Source: Vicinamibacteria bacterium (GTDB lineage Bacteria > Acidobacteriota > Vicinamibacteria > Marinacidobacterales > Marinacidobacteraceae). Taken from it: a stretch of DNA of 64,000 nucleotides. Position numbers and translations under genes: made by a program. Under the pieces are notes generated by a model. That model was not told where the DNA came from. It searched no databases and was given only the letters and a program-made list of their open reading frames with translations. The stretch lies in the NCBI GenBank assembly GCA_965199715.1, contig OZ241322.1, positions 1 to 64,000 on the forward strand, read 5' to 3'. Below are positions 49,500-59,540 of the stretch, piece after piece. Position 1 is the first letter of the stretch; each line of letters begins with the position of its first letter.

Positions 49500-51896
49500 G
49501 TGATTCGTCTCGCCCTCGCGCTCTCGCTCCTCGCCGTTCCCGTCCGGGCGCAGGAGATCCGGGGCCGGGTCGTGGACGGAATCTCCGGCGAGCCCATCCT
49601 CGGCGCCCTCGTCGTCCCCGAGCCGTTCGCGGCCGGCGGTCCCGAGGCGACGACCGGACCCGACGGGAGCTTCGCGCTGGATGCGCCTCCCGGCACGGCG
49701 AGCGTCTTCGTTACCGCCGAGGGCTATTTCCCGCTTTCGGCCCCGGTCGGGACGATCCGCCTCCTGCCGCGGGAGATCTCGGAGACCGTCGCCGTGACCG
49801 CCGCGCCCGCGGAAGAGCAGGAAATCTCGTCCACCTCGGTCGCCCCGGCGGACGTGCTGGAAGTCGCCGGCACGGTGGACAACGTCTTCCGCGCGCTCTC
49901 CACGCTTCCCGGGGTCACCGCCACCGCGGACTTCGGCAGCCGGCTCGCCGTGCGCGGCGGCGGACCCGACCAGAACCTCACCCTGATGGACGGGATCGAG
50001 ATCCACAACCCGTACCGGCTGTTCGGTCTGGTGAGCGCCTTCAACCCGGAGACCGTCGAGGACTTCGCGCTCTCCGCGGGCGGCTTCGGCGCCCGCTACG
50101 GCGACCGGCTCTCGTCGCTGCTGACGATCGAGAACCGCCGGGGCGGGCCGCGCTTCGGCGCGACCACCTCGCTCAGCGTGACTGACGGGAACGTCGTGCT
50201 CGAGGGACCGCTGCCGGGCCCCGCCGGCGGCTTCCTGCTGACCGGGCGACGGACGTACTACGACGTGATCGTGGGCCGCATCCTCGACCAGGACTTCCCG
50301 TCCTTCGCCGATCTGCAGTTCCAGGGCGCCTGGGAATTCGGCCCCGGGCACCGGCTCACGGTCACCGGCGTCCGCTCCCGCGAGGACACGAACTTCTCCT
50401 TCGAGGACGAGGAGGAGGATGAGCGGGCGGACTTCCTCTCCGACACCGAGACCGATCTCGGCGCGATCCGGCTGGACGCGGTGCTCGGCGGCCGCGCCAC
50501 CGCCACGACGATCCTCGCCGGGTACCGCAACTCCGAGTTTCTGGACTTCGAGGGCTCCTTCCGGGACGAGGAGCAGGGCTCGAACCGGGAGGAAGCGCGG
50601 GTCGAGGTCGGTTTCGACCGCGAACTCGCGGTCACCGACTGGTCGCTGCGCCAGGAGTTCGGCGTCCAGTTCCGCGACCGCCACCTGATCGACGCCGGGT
50701 TCGAGGTCCACCGGCTGCGGTCCGGGGTGCACCAGCGCATCGACGGGGAGCGGAACGTCAGCGAGGCCAACCCGACGAGCATCGAGGGCGGGTCCGGGCT
50801 GCCGGATCTCGTGGATTCCCAGCTCGCCGGCCACCGCTCGGGGGCGTGGATCGCCGATTCGTTCCAGGCGACGGACCGATTGACGCTCGAGCCGGGCGTC
50901 CGCCTCGACGCCAGCACCGTCAACGAGAGGGTCACGATCTCTCCCCGTTTCGCAGCCGAGTGGGACTTCGGCGACGGGTTGCGCTTGCGGGCCGCCGGCG
51001 GCCTCTACACCCAGAGTCCGGGGTACGAGAAGCTCATCCAGTCGGACTACTTCCTCGAGTTGAGCGATCCGACCGCGCTGCTCCACGAGCGCGCCGTCCA
51101 CGCGGTCGCGGGGCTCGAGAAGCTCTTCGACAACGGCGTCAAGGTCCGGGTCGAGGGCTACCGCAAGGTCTTCCGCGACCTGCTCGTCGGCGAATTGGAA
51201 ACGGAGGAGGAGCGAGCCGAGCGCGTCTCGTTCCATGACTTCCCGACGAGCCTCGCGGGCGACGTCCCGACCGAGGCGCAGATCACGGTGCGGCCCGGCA
51301 ACGGGGCCGAAGGGGACGCGACCGGCCTCGACTTCTATCTCGAGCGACTCGACCCTTCGGCGCGGGTGAGCGGCTGGGTCTCCTACGCCTGGGGCCGGGC
51401 CCACCGCGAGAGCTGGGGGTTCCGCTATCCGTTCGAATACGACCGCGAGCACGCCGCGAGCGTCGTCGGGCAGGTCCGGCTCACCCGCCGTTTCTCGCTC
51501 GGCGGCACCTTCCGCATCGCGAGCGGCTTCCCGTACACGCCGGCGCTCGGCGTGCGCGTCTCGCCCGATCTCGACCCCGCGCGCGGCTTCGTGCCGGAGA
51601 CCGACGATACCGGCGGGTACGTCTATCAGGTGGACCTCGGCGGCCTCGAGAACCTCTACTCGGGGCGGCTGCCCGGCTACTCCCGCCTCGACCTCCGTCT
51701 CACCTTCCGTCCCGGCGGCGACTCGGGACGCTGGTCCTTCTACGGCGAGGTCATCAACGCGCTCGACCGGACGAACGCCATCGCCATGGACTTCAGCCTC
51801 GAGCCGAACCCGGGCGGCCTCGAGCCGTCGGTGGTCGAGACGCCTTCCCAGGGATTCCCGCGGGTGCCCACCATCGGCGTACGCTTCCGCTTCTGA
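49500..51896 (+). CDS. TonB-dependent receptor
   Basis: Signal peptide; LPGV, VRGGGPDQN, GGFGARYGDRLSS plug motifs; terminal RFRF. Confidence 0.92.
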   Translation: MIRLALALSLLAVPVRAQEIRGRVVDGISGEPILGALVVPEPFAAGGPEATTGPDGSFALDAPPGTASVFVTAEGYFPLSAPVGTIRLLPREISETVAVTAAPAEEQEISSTSVAPADVLEVAGTVDNVFRALSTLPGVTATADFGSRLAVRGGGPDQNLTLMDGIEIHNPYRLFGLVSAFNPETVEDFALSAGGFGARYGDRLSSLLTIENRRGGPRFGATTSLSVTDGNVVLEGPLPGPAGGFLLTGRRTYYDVIVGRILDQDFPSFADLQFQGAWEFGPGHRLTVTGVRSREDTNFSFEDEEEDERADFLSDTETDLGAIRLDAVLGGRATATTILAGYRNSEFLDFEGSFRDEEQGSNREEARVEVGFDRELAVTDWSLRQEFGVQFRDRHLIDAGFEVHRLRSGVHQRIDGERNVSEANPTSIEGGSGLPDLVDSQLAGHRSGAWIADSFQATDRLTLEPGVRLDASTVNERVTISPRFAAEWDFGDGLRLRAAGGLYTQSPGYEKLIQSDYFLELSDPTALLHERAVHAVAGLEKLFDNGVKVRVEGYRKVFRDLLVGELETEEERAERVSFHDFPTSLAGDVPTEAQITVRPGNGAEGDATGLDFYLERLDPSARVSGWVSYAWGRAHRESWGFRYPFEYDREHAASVVGQVRLTRRFSLGGTFRIASGFPYTPALGVRVSPDLDPARGFVPETDDTGGYVYQVDLGGLENLYSGRLPGYSRLDLRLTFRPGGDSGRWSFYGEVINALDRTNAIAMDFSLEPNPGGLEPSVVETPSQGFPRVPTIGVRFRF

Positions 51897-51897
51897 C

Positions 51898-52242
51898 ATG
51901 GCCCGGCGCGGATTCCCGGAGCTGGCCCGCGCGCTCGCGCGGGACCTTCCGCCCGAGCTCCCGCCCGAGCTGCGCCGTCTCGCCGGCGAACTGCGGGCTC
52001 CGGAGCCGGAGCACCCGCTTGTCGGCGGCGTCGCGCTCGCGCTCGGAGTCCGCGACGGGACGCGGGGCCTCGCCGCACCGCTGCTGCGCCTCGCCGCCGA
52101 GATGCTCGCCGACCATGCGGAGAGCGCGGCGTGGACCGCCGACGATCTCTACGAATTCCTCGACGGAATCGGCCCGGAGCGCGCCGCCGACTTTCTCGAG
52201 CGGATCGCGGGAGGCTGGAACGGCTGGAAGCGCCCGTCGTGA
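51898..52242 (+). CDS. Hypothetical protein (114 aa)
   Basis: ATG 1 nt after the receptor stop; GC3-rich codons; helical composition; no family recognised. Confidence 0.5.
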   Translation: MARRGFPELARALARDLPPELPPELRRLAGELRAPEPEHPLVGGVALALGVRDGTRGLAAPLLRLAAEMLADHAESAAWTADDLYEFLDGIGPERAADFLERIAGGWNGWKRPS

Positions 52243-52961
52243 GCGGTCCAGCCGCCGTCGGCGAAGAGCACCGAACCCGTGACGTAGCTCGCGGCGTCGG
52301 ACAGCAGGAAGACGGCGGGGGCGGCGATCTCGTCCGCCGTCGCCCAGCGTCCGATCATGGTCTTGTCGGCGTAAGCCCGCTTCCAGTCGGGGCGCGCGTC
52401 GATGGGCCCGGTGAGCGGGGTCTCGACGACTCCGGGCGCGAGCGCGTTCACCCGCACGTCGGGGGCGAATTCGGTGGCCGCGGTGCGCACGAGCTGCACG
52501 ATCCCGGCCTTGGTCGCGGCGTAGGCGCCCTGGCCGGGCTCGACCACCTGCGACCGGATCGACGACAGCAGCACCATGCTCCCGCCGCCCGCCCGGGCCA
52601 GCGCCGGGGCGCCGTGCCGGATCGCGAGGAAGGAGCCGCGCAGGTTCAGCGCGACGACCCGCTCGAATTCCTCGACCGTGGTCTCGGCGATGCGCTTGCG
52701 CACGTTCACCCCCGGAGTCACGACCACGCCGGCCGGCCGGCGGTCCCGGAACAGAGCCGCCATCGAGTCCTCGCTGCGGACGTCCACCGTCTCGGCTCGG
52801 CCGCCGGGGATCGACGCCGCGACCTTCTCGGCCCCCTGGGCGTCGAAATCCGCGACGACTACCGACGCGCCCATCCGCGCCGCCAGCGCCGCCGTCGCCG
52901 CCCCGATCCCGGAAGCGCCGCCGACGACCACGATCTCGCGCCGGTCCAGTCCGAAGAGCAT
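52149..52961 (-). CDS. SDR family oxidoreductase
   Basis: GGASGIG, YAATK, VRVNALAPG, YVTG..ADGG. Confidence 0.92.
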   Translation of the reverse strand: MLFGLDRREIVVVGGASGIGAATAALAARMGASVVVADFDAQGAEKVAASIPGGRAETVDVRSEDSMAALFRDRRPAGVVVTPGVNVRKRIAETTVEEFERVVALNLRGSFLAIRHGAPALARAGGGSMVLLSSIRSQVVEPGQGAYAATKAGIVQLVRTAATEFAPDVRVNALAPGVVETPLTGPIDARPDWKRAYADKTMIGRWATADEIAAPAVFLLSDAASYVTGSVLFADGGWTAHDGRFQPFQPPAIRSRKSAARSGPIPSRNS

Positions 52962-52967
52962 CGGCGG

Positions 52968-52975
52968 ATTATCCT
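52968..52975. promoter_or_regulatory. Overlapping bidirectional -10 element between divergent starts 21 bp apart
   Basis: TATCCT on plus strand (52970-52975) 7 nt before ATG 52983; GATAAT on minus strand 6 nt before ATG 52961. Confidence 0.6.
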
Positions 52976-52982
52976 CCGAACC

Positions 52983-54461
52983 ATGGAGCTTCTACCGGTC
53001 CCGGCGAGGATCGAGGCGCGGATTCTCCGGGAGGTCGAGGCGGCGGCGGACGAGATCGCCGCGTGGACCGGCGAGCTCATCCGCATCCCGACGGTGAGTC
53101 CGCCCGGCGAGCATTACCTCGAAGGCGCCGCCGCGATCGGCGACGCGCTGCGCGCCGGCGGGTTCGAAGTCGAGTCCGACGACCCGCCGGCGTCGGTCTG
53201 CCCGCCCGACTCCGCCCGCTTTCCGCGCCGGAACGTCATCGGCCGGATCGGCGACGGCGAGCGGCGCGTTCACCTGAACGGGCACTTCGACGTGGTGCCG
53301 GCGGGGGAGGGGTGGACCGGCGACCCGTTTTCGGGGGAGATCCGCGACGGATCCGTCTGGGGCCGGGGCGCGAGCGACATGAAGGGCGGCCTCGCCGCCG
53401 CCCGCTTCGCCGCCGAGGCGATCCGCCGCGCCGGGCTCCGCCTCGGCGGCGTTCTCGAGATTTCCGGCACCGTGGACGAGGAGATCGGCGGGCACGCCGG
53501 CGTCGGCTGGCTCGCGCAGTCGGGCCGGTTCCCCAATGGGACGGTGGTGGTGATTCCGGAGCCGTTCGGCTCGGGCCGGGTCTCGGTGGGGCACCGGGGC
53601 GTGTACTGGTTCCGGGTCGTCGCCCGGGGCGCGGTCGCCCACGGCAGCATGCCGTTTCTGGGGAACAACGCGATCGGGCAGTTGGGGCCGCTGCTCGAGG
53701 ACGTCCGCACCGTCTGGAAGCCGACGCTGGCCGAGCGCCGCACCGCGCTTCCGGTGGTTCCCGAGGGGGCGCGGTTCGCCACCGTGAACGTGAACAGCGT
53801 CCGGGGCGGGCAGGCCGGCGCGGCCGTCGAGAGCCCGCAGGTTCCCGACCGAGCCGAGCTCGTGGTGGATCGGCGTTTCCTCCCGGAGGAGACGCTCGCC
53901 GGGGTGCGGGACGAGATCGCGCGCTGGGTCGCCCGGTGCGAGGCGGAGGACCCCGAGCGGAGCTTCGAGATCGAGGAGCTGCTCACCGTGGAGCCGGTCC
54001 GCACGCCGCCCGATTCCCCGGCCATCGCCGCGATCCGTTACGGAGTGGAGCGGGTGCTCGGCACTCCGGTCGAGGAGGTCGCGAGTCCGGGCACCTACGA
54101 CCACAAGCACGTGACCCGGATCGCGGGGAACCCGGACTGCGTCGCCTACGGTCCGGGAATCCTCGAACTGGCGCACTGCCCGGACGAGCACGTCCCCGTC
54201 GAGGAGCTGGTCCGCGCGACGGGCGCGCTCGCGCTCGCGACGGCCGCGCTCCTCGGCGTCCAAAAGCTCACGGGCGCGGGCCGCCGACGCCGAAGCCGCG
54301 GACACCGACCCGGCGGGGGATGTAGGCGTCGGGGTGGACCGCCCGGTGGAAGACGATCCGGCCGTTGCTCATCACGAACATCGGTTCGTGGGTGTAATGG
54401 ATGTCCTCCAGCGGGTTCCCGTCCACGGACACCAGGTCGGCCTCGAGGCCCGGCTCGATGA
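52983..54461 (+). CDS. M20 family ArgE/DapE-like deacylase
   Basis: NGHFDVVP, GRGASDMKGG, DEEIGG, YGPG, AHCPDE; homology ends near 54260 and the tail reads into the opposite gene. Confidence 0.9.
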   Translation: MELLPVPARIEARILREVEAAADEIAAWTGELIRIPTVSPPGEHYLEGAAAIGDALRAGGFEVESDDPPASVCPPDSARFPRRNVIGRIGDGERRVHLNGHFDVVPAGEGWTGDPFSGEIRDGSVWGRGASDMKGGLAAARFAAEAIRRAGLRLGGVLEISGTVDEEIGGHAGVGWLAQSGRFPNGTVVVIPEPFGSGRVSVGHRGVYWFRVVARGAVAHGSMPFLGNNAIGQLGPLLEDVRTVWKPTLAERRTALPVVPEGARFATVNVNSVRGGQAGAAVESPQVPDRAELVVDRRFLPEETLAGVRDEIARWVARCEAEDPERSFEIEELLTVEPVRTPPDSPAIAAIRYGVERVLGTPVEEVASPGTYDHKHVTRIAGNPDCVAYGPGILELAHCPDEHVPVEELVRATGALALATAALLGVQKLTGAGRRRRSRGHRPGGGCRRRGGPPGGRRSGRCSSRTSVRGCNGCPPAGSRPRTPGRPRGPAR

Positions 54462-55569
54462 CTCCCGTCCGGTCCCGCACGCCGTACGCCTCGGCCGAGC
54501 GGATCGTGGCCGACTGCAGCGCCTCCAGCGGCGTCATCCCCATCTCCACGAAGTGCGTCATCTCGCGGTAGATCCGGGCGAAGCTCTCCGGGCCGTACCG
54601 GGTGTCGGTGGCGGTGAGGATGGTCACGCCGAGTTCGAGGCCGCGCCGGAAGCCCTTCTCGAGGAAGTGCAGCAGGTGGGTCCCGCGCTGGAAGCTCGCC
54701 GAGCTGTTGTAGTCGTCGTGCGGCTGGAGGAAACCCACCACTGACGTGTACGTGGGAATCCACGCGGTTCCGCGCTCGACCATCATCCGCAGCCCCTCCT
54801 CGTCCACGTAGGACCCGTGCTCGATCGTGGCGCAGCCGGCGAGGATGGCGTTGCGGACGACCTCCTTGCCGTGGGCGTGGCAGGCCACCCGGACCCCGAG
54901 CGCGTCCGCCTCCTCCACGATGGCGGTGAGCTCGTCCACCGAGTACACCATCATCTTGGGGTCGGGGCCGTTCGGGCCGGAGGTCGTGCCGCCGGAGCGG
55001 GTCTTGATCCACCGGGCGCCCCGGTCCACGTCCACGCGCACGACCTCGCGCACCGCCTCCGCGCCGCGCACCTCCCGATTCAGGTACTTGTGCAGGCGGG
55101 GATCGGCGAGCGCCGAGGCGCCGAGGTTGGGCAGGACGTACACCCCGGCGGCGAAGATCTCGGGGCCGGCGAGGTATCCGCCCTCGACCATGTCGTTCAT
55201 CCGCACGTCGAGGAACGAACCCACCGCGGCGCTCTTCATGGTGGTGACTCCCGACTCGAGCGCCCGGTGCATGCCGTCGAGCGTCCGGCCGTGCCAGTGT
55301 CCGTCGAAGAGGCCGGGGATCAGGTGGCGGCCCTCGAGGTCGAGCACGTGCGCGTCCTCGGGCGGCGGATCCGTCCCCACGGATTCGATGAGGCCGTCGC
55401 GGACGACGACGACCGCGTCCTCGGTGACGGTTCCGTCGGCGACGTGGACGACGTGGGCGTTCACGAGCGCCACGAAGGGCTGGGGAAGCCGCCCGTCCTC
55501 GTCCGGGAGGTAGGGAACGGAGGGCTGGGCGACGAGGCCGGCGGCCATCAGCAGCGGGTTCAGGGGCAT
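54268..55569 (-). CDS. Amidohydrolase family protein (Xaa-Pro dipeptidase-like)
   Basis: PGLFDGHWH, WIK, HAHG, IEHG, ATD, ADLV..GNPLEDI. Confidence 0.88.
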   Translation of the reverse strand: MPLNPLLMAAGLVAQPSVPYLPDEDGRLPQPFVALVNAHVVHVADGTVTEDAVVVVRDGLIESVGTDPPPEDAHVLDLEGRHLIPGLFDGHWHGRTLDGMHRALESGVTTMKSAAVGSFLDVRMNDMVEGGYLAGPEIFAAGVYVLPNLGASALADPRLHKYLNREVRGAEAVREVVRVDVDRGARWIKTRSGGTTSGPNGPDPKMMVYSVDELTAIVEEADALGVRVACHAHGKEVVRNAILAGCATIEHGSYVDEEGLRMMVERGTAWIPTYTSVVGFLQPHDDYNSSASFQRGTHLLHFLEKGFRRGLELGVTILTATDTRYGPESFARIYREMTHFVEMGMTPLEALQSATIRSAEAYGVRDRTGVIEPGLEADLVSVDGNPLEDIHYTHEPMFVMSNGRIVFHRAVHPDAYIPRRVGVRGFGVGGPRP

Positions 55570-55606
55570 GGAAATCTCCTCGTCCGCCGATGGTATGTTG
55601 CGGCCC

Positions 55607-56887
55607 ATGCGGCGGCGCACGTTCCTCGGAACCGCGGGCGGGACGCTCGTCGCCGGCGCCGGCTCGGCGGCCGCGCTCGAACAAGCGGTGGCCTCGCTCG
55701 GGGGAGCCGGCCCCGAGGCCGCGGCGCAGGACGAGGATTTCTGGTTCCGCGTGCGCGAGTCCTTCACGATCGACCGCAACCACATCAACCTCAATTCGGG
55801 GAGCGTCAGCCCGGCCCCGGTCCCGGTCCAGCGCGCCATGCGCCAGTACTGGGAGGTCACCAACATGGGGCCTTCGCTGTACGTGGACGAACTCCTCGGG
55901 CCCCGGCTGGAGGTGGCCCGGCGGCGGCTGGCCGAGACGTTCGGGAGCAGCCCCGAGGAGATTGCCTTCACCCGCAACGCCAGCGAAGCCATGGAGATCG
56001 TCCAGTTCGGCCTTGACCTGAAGCCGGGCGACGAGGTGCTGACCACGACGCAGGACTATCCGCGGATGCTCATGACGTGGCGGCAGCGCGAGCGCCGCGA
56101 CGGAATCGTCCTGCGCACGGTGCCGTACCCCACGCCCCCCGAGGACCTGTCGCAGCTCACCCGCATCCTCGAGAACGCGATCACGCCCCGCACGCGGGCG
56201 CTGCTCATCTGCCACACGACCTACACGACCGGCCAGATCTTCCCGGTGGGCGAGATCTGCCGAATGGCGCGCCGCCGCGGGGTCGAGACCCTCGTGGACG
56301 GCGCGCACGGGTTCGCCCACTTTCCGTTCACGCGGGACGAGCTGGACTGCGACTACTACGGGACGAGCCTGCACAAGTGGCTCTTCGCGCCGGTGGGGAC
56401 CGGGTTCCTCTACGTGCGCAAGGAGAAGATCCCGGGGCTCTGGCCGCTCATGAGCGCGCCGGCGAGCCAGGCCGACGACGTCCGCAAGTTCGAGCAGATC
56501 GGAACCCACCCGATCGCGGTGCGCGGCCCGATCACCGAGGCGGTCACGTTCCACGACGGGCTCGGCCCCGAGCGGAAGGCCGCGCGGCTCGTCCACCTGC
56601 GCACCCGCTGGGCGGAGCGGGTCAAGGAGCTTCCCGGCGTCACGGTGCTGAACCCGCCCGACCCGCGCCAGGCGTGCGGGATCGGGGCGATGCGGATCGA
56701 GGGCGTGGACTCGGGCGACCTGACCGACTTCCTCGAGCGCAAGTACCGGATCCACGTGCGCCCCCGCTTCGTGCGGGGCGAGTTCGACTGCGTCCGCGTC
56801 TCGCCGAGCGTCTTCTCCACGCTCGAGGAAGTGGACCTGTTCGCGACGGCGGTCGAGGACGCGGCCCGGAACGGGGTCGCCGGATGA
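55607..56887 (+). CDS. Tat-exported class V PLP enzyme (isopenicillin-N epimerase/cysteine desulfurase-like)
   Basis: RRRTFLG leader; LNSGS, RNASE, DGAH, SLHKW. Confidence 0.88.
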   Translation: MRRRTFLGTAGGTLVAGAGSAAALEQAVASLGGAGPEAAAQDEDFWFRVRESFTIDRNHINLNSGSVSPAPVPVQRAMRQYWEVTNMGPSLYVDELLGPRLEVARRRLAETFGSSPEEIAFTRNASEAMEIVQFGLDLKPGDEVLTTTQDYPRMLMTWRQRERRDGIVLRTVPYPTPPEDLSQLTRILENAITPRTRALLICHTTYTTGQIFPVGEICRMARRRGVETLVDGAHGFAHFPFTRDELDCDYYGTSLHKWLFAPVGTGFLYVRKEKIPGLWPLMSAPASQADDVRKFEQIGTHPIAVRGPITEAVTFHDGLGPERKAARLVHLRTRWAERVKELPGVTVLNPPDPRQACGIGAMRIEGVDSGDLTDFLERKYRIHVRPRFVRGEFDCVRVSPSVFSTLEEVDLFATAVEDAARNGVAG

Positions 56888-57903
56888 ACCCGCGCCTCGT
56901 CGAGGCGCTTCGGATCGGCACCGCCGGATTCCCCGTTTGGGTGTTCGTCTGCAGCGCGGTCGCGCTCGTCCGCCCGGAAGCGGTCACTTGGATCCCCGGC
57001 CGGATGATCACGCTCGGCCTCGGGGTCATCATGCTGGGGATGGGCCTCACGCTCACGCTGGAGGACTTCCGGCGAGTGCTCGTGAGCCCGCTGCCGATCG
57101 GGCTGGGCGTGATCCTCCAGTTCCTCGTGATGCCGCTGCTGGGCTTCGCGCTGGCCGCCGCCTTCGACCTCCCCACCGGCTTCGCCGTCGGGCTGATCCT
57201 CGTCTCGTGCTGTCCGGGCGGCGTGGCCTCCAACGTGATCTCGTACCTCGCGCTCGCGAACGTGCCGCTGTCGGTCTCGATGACCGCCGTCTCGACGGCG
57301 GCTTCGGCGCTCATGACCCCGGCGCTGACCGCGCTGCTCGCGAGCAGCCGGGTCGAGGTGCCGCTCACCGGGCTGCTCATCTCGACGGTGCAGGTCGTCA
57401 TCCTGCCGGTCGCCGCCGGACTCGCGCTGAACCGCTACGCCCCTCGGGTGAGCCGGACGCTGCTTCCGTGGGGGCCGTTCACCGCCGTCTTCCTCATCAC
57501 CGTGCTGGTGGCCTCCATCATCGGCGCCAGCCGGGAAGCCATCCTCGCGTCGGCGGGTCCGCTCATCGGAGCGATCGTCTGCCTCCACGCCGGCGGGTTC
57601 GGGTTCGGCTACCTCCTCAGCCGCGTCCTCGGCCGGGGCGAGGCCGTCGCGCGGACGATCGCGATCGAGGTGGGCATGCAGAACTCCGGCCTCGGCGTCG
57701 TGCTCGCCCGCGCGAACTTCACGAACCCGGCGGTCGCGGCCCCGAGCGCGATCTCGAGCCTCGTGCACTCGCTCGTGGGGAGCGCGCTGGCGGCGCTCTG
57801 GCGGGGCCGGAGTCCTGGCGATCCCGGCCGAGGCCCCGCGGGTGCGCCCCATGAGTCCGCGATGGCGCACGCGTTTGGTGGGCGATCCACGACCTCGGGT
57901 TGA
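56884..57903 (+). CDS. Bile acid:sodium symporter family (BASS) transporter
   Basis: MLGMGLTL, CCPGGVASN, IEVGMQNSGL. Confidence 0.92.
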   Translation: MNPRLVEALRIGTAGFPVWVFVCSAVALVRPEAVTWIPGRMITLGLGVIMLGMGLTLTLEDFRRVLVSPLPIGLGVILQFLVMPLLGFALAAAFDLPTGFAVGLILVSCCPGGVASNVISYLALANVPLSVSMTAVSTAASALMTPALTALLASSRVEVPLTGLLISTVQVVILPVAAGLALNRYAPRVSRTLLPWGPFTAVFLITVLVASIIGASREAILASAGPLIGAIVCLHAGGFGFGYLLSRVLGRGEAVARTIAIEVGMQNSGLGVVLARANFTNPAVAAPSAISSLVHSLVGSALAALWRGRSPGDPGRGPAGAPHESAMAHAFGGRSTTSG

Positions 57904-57981
57904 GTCGCGAGTTGGGAAACCGCCCGTTCGCCCCGGGGCGCTGGCCCCCGGGTGCTACCTTCCTTCCAAGAGACTCCCGTC

Positions 57982-59103
57982 GTGAACCCCGAGCTTCTGG
58001 TCTGGGCCCGAGAGACGGCGGATCTGACGATCGAGGAGGCCGCGCGGAAAATCGCGATCAACGAGGCTCGAGGCGTCGCGGGAGCGGATCGGCTTGCGGC
58101 CCTCGAGAGGGGTGAGGGGCGCCCCTCGAGGGCTGTTCTCGTTCGGATGGCTCGCCACTACCGCCGTCCGTTGCTGACGTTCCATCTTGAGGCCTCCCGC
58201 CGCAAAGTCCGCGGGGGCCGGAGTTTCGGGGGTTCCCGAAGCCCGGTCGCCTCGGGAGGCGGCGCTGCTCGATGCGCTGGTGCGGGATGTGGAGGGCCGG
58301 CACGACATGGTTCGCGCAGCGCTCGTCGTCGAGGACGAGGCTGAGCCGGTTCCGTTCGTCGGCGCCCTTCGCTCGGAGGGAAACGAGTCTCGGGGGCCAG
58401 CGCTCGTCGGACGCGCGGGGAGCGCCCTGCGGGAAACGCTGGGCGACGACCTGACCGAGGCGCATCACGCCGCGCGTGGGGTGGACGCAGCGTTCGCATC
58501 CTCCGTTCGCGCGCCGAGGACGCTCGCCTCTTCGTGCTGCTCAAGGGCGATCTCGGCAGTTGCCACACGGCGATGGAGGTCGGAGCGTTCCGCGGCCTGG
58601 CGCTCGCCGACGAGTTCGCGCCCTTCGTCGTGATCAACGACAACGACTCGAGGGCGGCGTGGTCGTTCCCCCTGTTGCATGAGCTGACCCATCTCCTGCT
58701 CGGCGACTCCGGGTGCGCCGGCGATGGGCCCGGAGCGGAGCGGTTCTGCGCCGCCGTCGCCTCGGAACTCCTGCTGCCCGAGACGCTTGTCTCGGAACTG
58801 TGGGCCAGTCACGCCGGCGGGGGCGCGGTGGATCGGATCGACGTGATCGCTCGGGAGCGAAACCTGAGCCGAACCATGATCGCGTGGCGGCTCTTCCGCG
58901 CGGGCCGCATCGATCGGGAGACGTTCCAGCGTCTCAGCGCCGAATACCGAACGCAGCGGCGGCGACGCCGGGCGCAGGCTCGGGAGGAGGCTCGCGAGGC
59001 TGACGGCAGCCCGACGTGGCGCGTCATCCGGCGCCACCGGCTTGGTCCGCGCCTCCTCGGCTTCACTCGGAGAATGATGGAAGCCGGAGCGCTCTCGACG
59101 ACC
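57982..59103 (+). pseudogene. XRE-HTH + ImmA/IrrE metallopeptidase, frameshifted and C-terminally truncated
   Basis: VNPELLVWARE HTH start; frame changes near 58230 and 58497; FRGLALAD, INDND, HELTH, ERFC..VASELLLP. Confidence 0.8.
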
Positions 59104-59540
59104 CGATCGAGCGGGCGCCGGAATTCCGGGATTGGTTGGAAGCGTGCGCACGGGCGGGCCACGTGCGGATTCCCGTCGAGGTGTACGAGGAAGCGCTCGC
59201 CGGCCGGCCTGACGATCTCACCGGGTGGCTCAGGGCAAAGCGTCGCATTCCGCTCCTGGACGAAGCCGTGGAGCCCAGTTTGGTTCTGCGGGTTGTGAGT
59301 GAGGGTTACGCCTCGGGCCTGTCGCAGAGCGAGGTGGCCCAAGTCGGAGCCGACCCGTTTCCCGTCGCGCACGCCCTCAAGGCGCCGGGGCGCCGGACGG
59401 TCGTCACGAGGGAGCGTTCGAAGCCGTCGCTGCAACGCGCCAACAGGCGTATCCCCGATGTCTGCGACGACCTGGACGTGCCGCGTTGCGGCACGTTTCA
59501 ACGGATCGAGTCGCTCGACTTCAGGACCGGAGGGGCGTAG
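59101..59540 (+). pseudogene. DUF4411 (PIN-like) protein lacking its N-terminus
   Basis: PIERAPEFRDWL, VYEE, ADPF, TVVTRE, RRIPDVC, LDFRT; no start codon and no N-terminal LLDAN-type strand. Confidence 0.75.
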
